DNA of 64,000 nucleotides from Plasmodiophora brassicae (Eukaryota): NCBI GenBank assembly GCA_036867785.1, contig CP145411.1, positions 682,001 to 746,000 of the forward strand, read 5' to 3'. Shown piece by piece: positions 63,823 to 64,000 of this stretch (position 1 is its first letter; each line of letters starts with the position of its first letter). The notes under the pieces were generated by a model. It saw only the letters and a program-made list of their open reading frames with translations, ran no database searches and was not told where the DNA came from. The position numbers and the translations under genes were made by a program.

Positions 63823-64000
63823 TAAAGCAATTGCTCTCTTGTCCAAGTTATGACGTATGCTGAATAAGTCATGATATTTGTTATAGTTCCGAAGGTTATG
63901 CAGTTCCTTTCAGTTCGGACTGTCGATTTGCGAACTGTCTGGCGTGGCGATATACAATCTGCTTGGCGTTGCGATATGCAGTTTGCCTGGCAGCTGAATC

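Noticed and set aside
62922-63853. Repeated protein ORFs (MRFPGGPPPEY...)
   Set aside because: These are shadow translations of the 5S rRNA repeats.
1-64000. Many long antisense and overlapping ORFs
   Set aside because: Expected from high GC and codon bias; they lie opposite genes with clear identities.

Overview
Gene-dense, GC-rich eukaryotic DNA with many short (~50-70 nt) GT-AG introns, tiny intergenic spaces and flagellar/BBSome genes. This fits a flagellated protist; the style suggests a phytomyxid such as Plasmodiophora, but that is inference only. About 30 protein-coding genes can be reconstructed by hand-splicing: BBS2, LSm5, F-BAR/SH3, acyl-protein thioesterase, nitrobindin, DRC1, PEN-2, an NF-YC-type histone fold, a P450, a URC1-URC4 fusion, a kinesin, a glucose/sorbosone dehydrogenase, PDI, CWC18, a TKL kinase, DOMON-cytb561, DBR1, a WD40/DCAF protein, two MADS-box genes and a PPR protein. 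The window ends in a 4-copy 5S rRNA array. Most interesting: (1) a FYVE finger fused to an apparently full-length homologue of the archaeal tetraether-synthase (Tes/GDGT-MAS, MJ0619) radical-SAM family that has lost its CxxxCxxC motif, with a FYVE motif that seems to need a 2-nt micro-exon; (2) the RNA polymerase subunit RPB12 fused behind four ubiquitin-like domains; (3) a ~360-bp inverted duplication of a decayed tyrosine-recombinase-like sequence; (4) a kinase whose PH domain is split by a zinc finger. Exon structures were inferred manually and family calls come from motif recall, not database searches.
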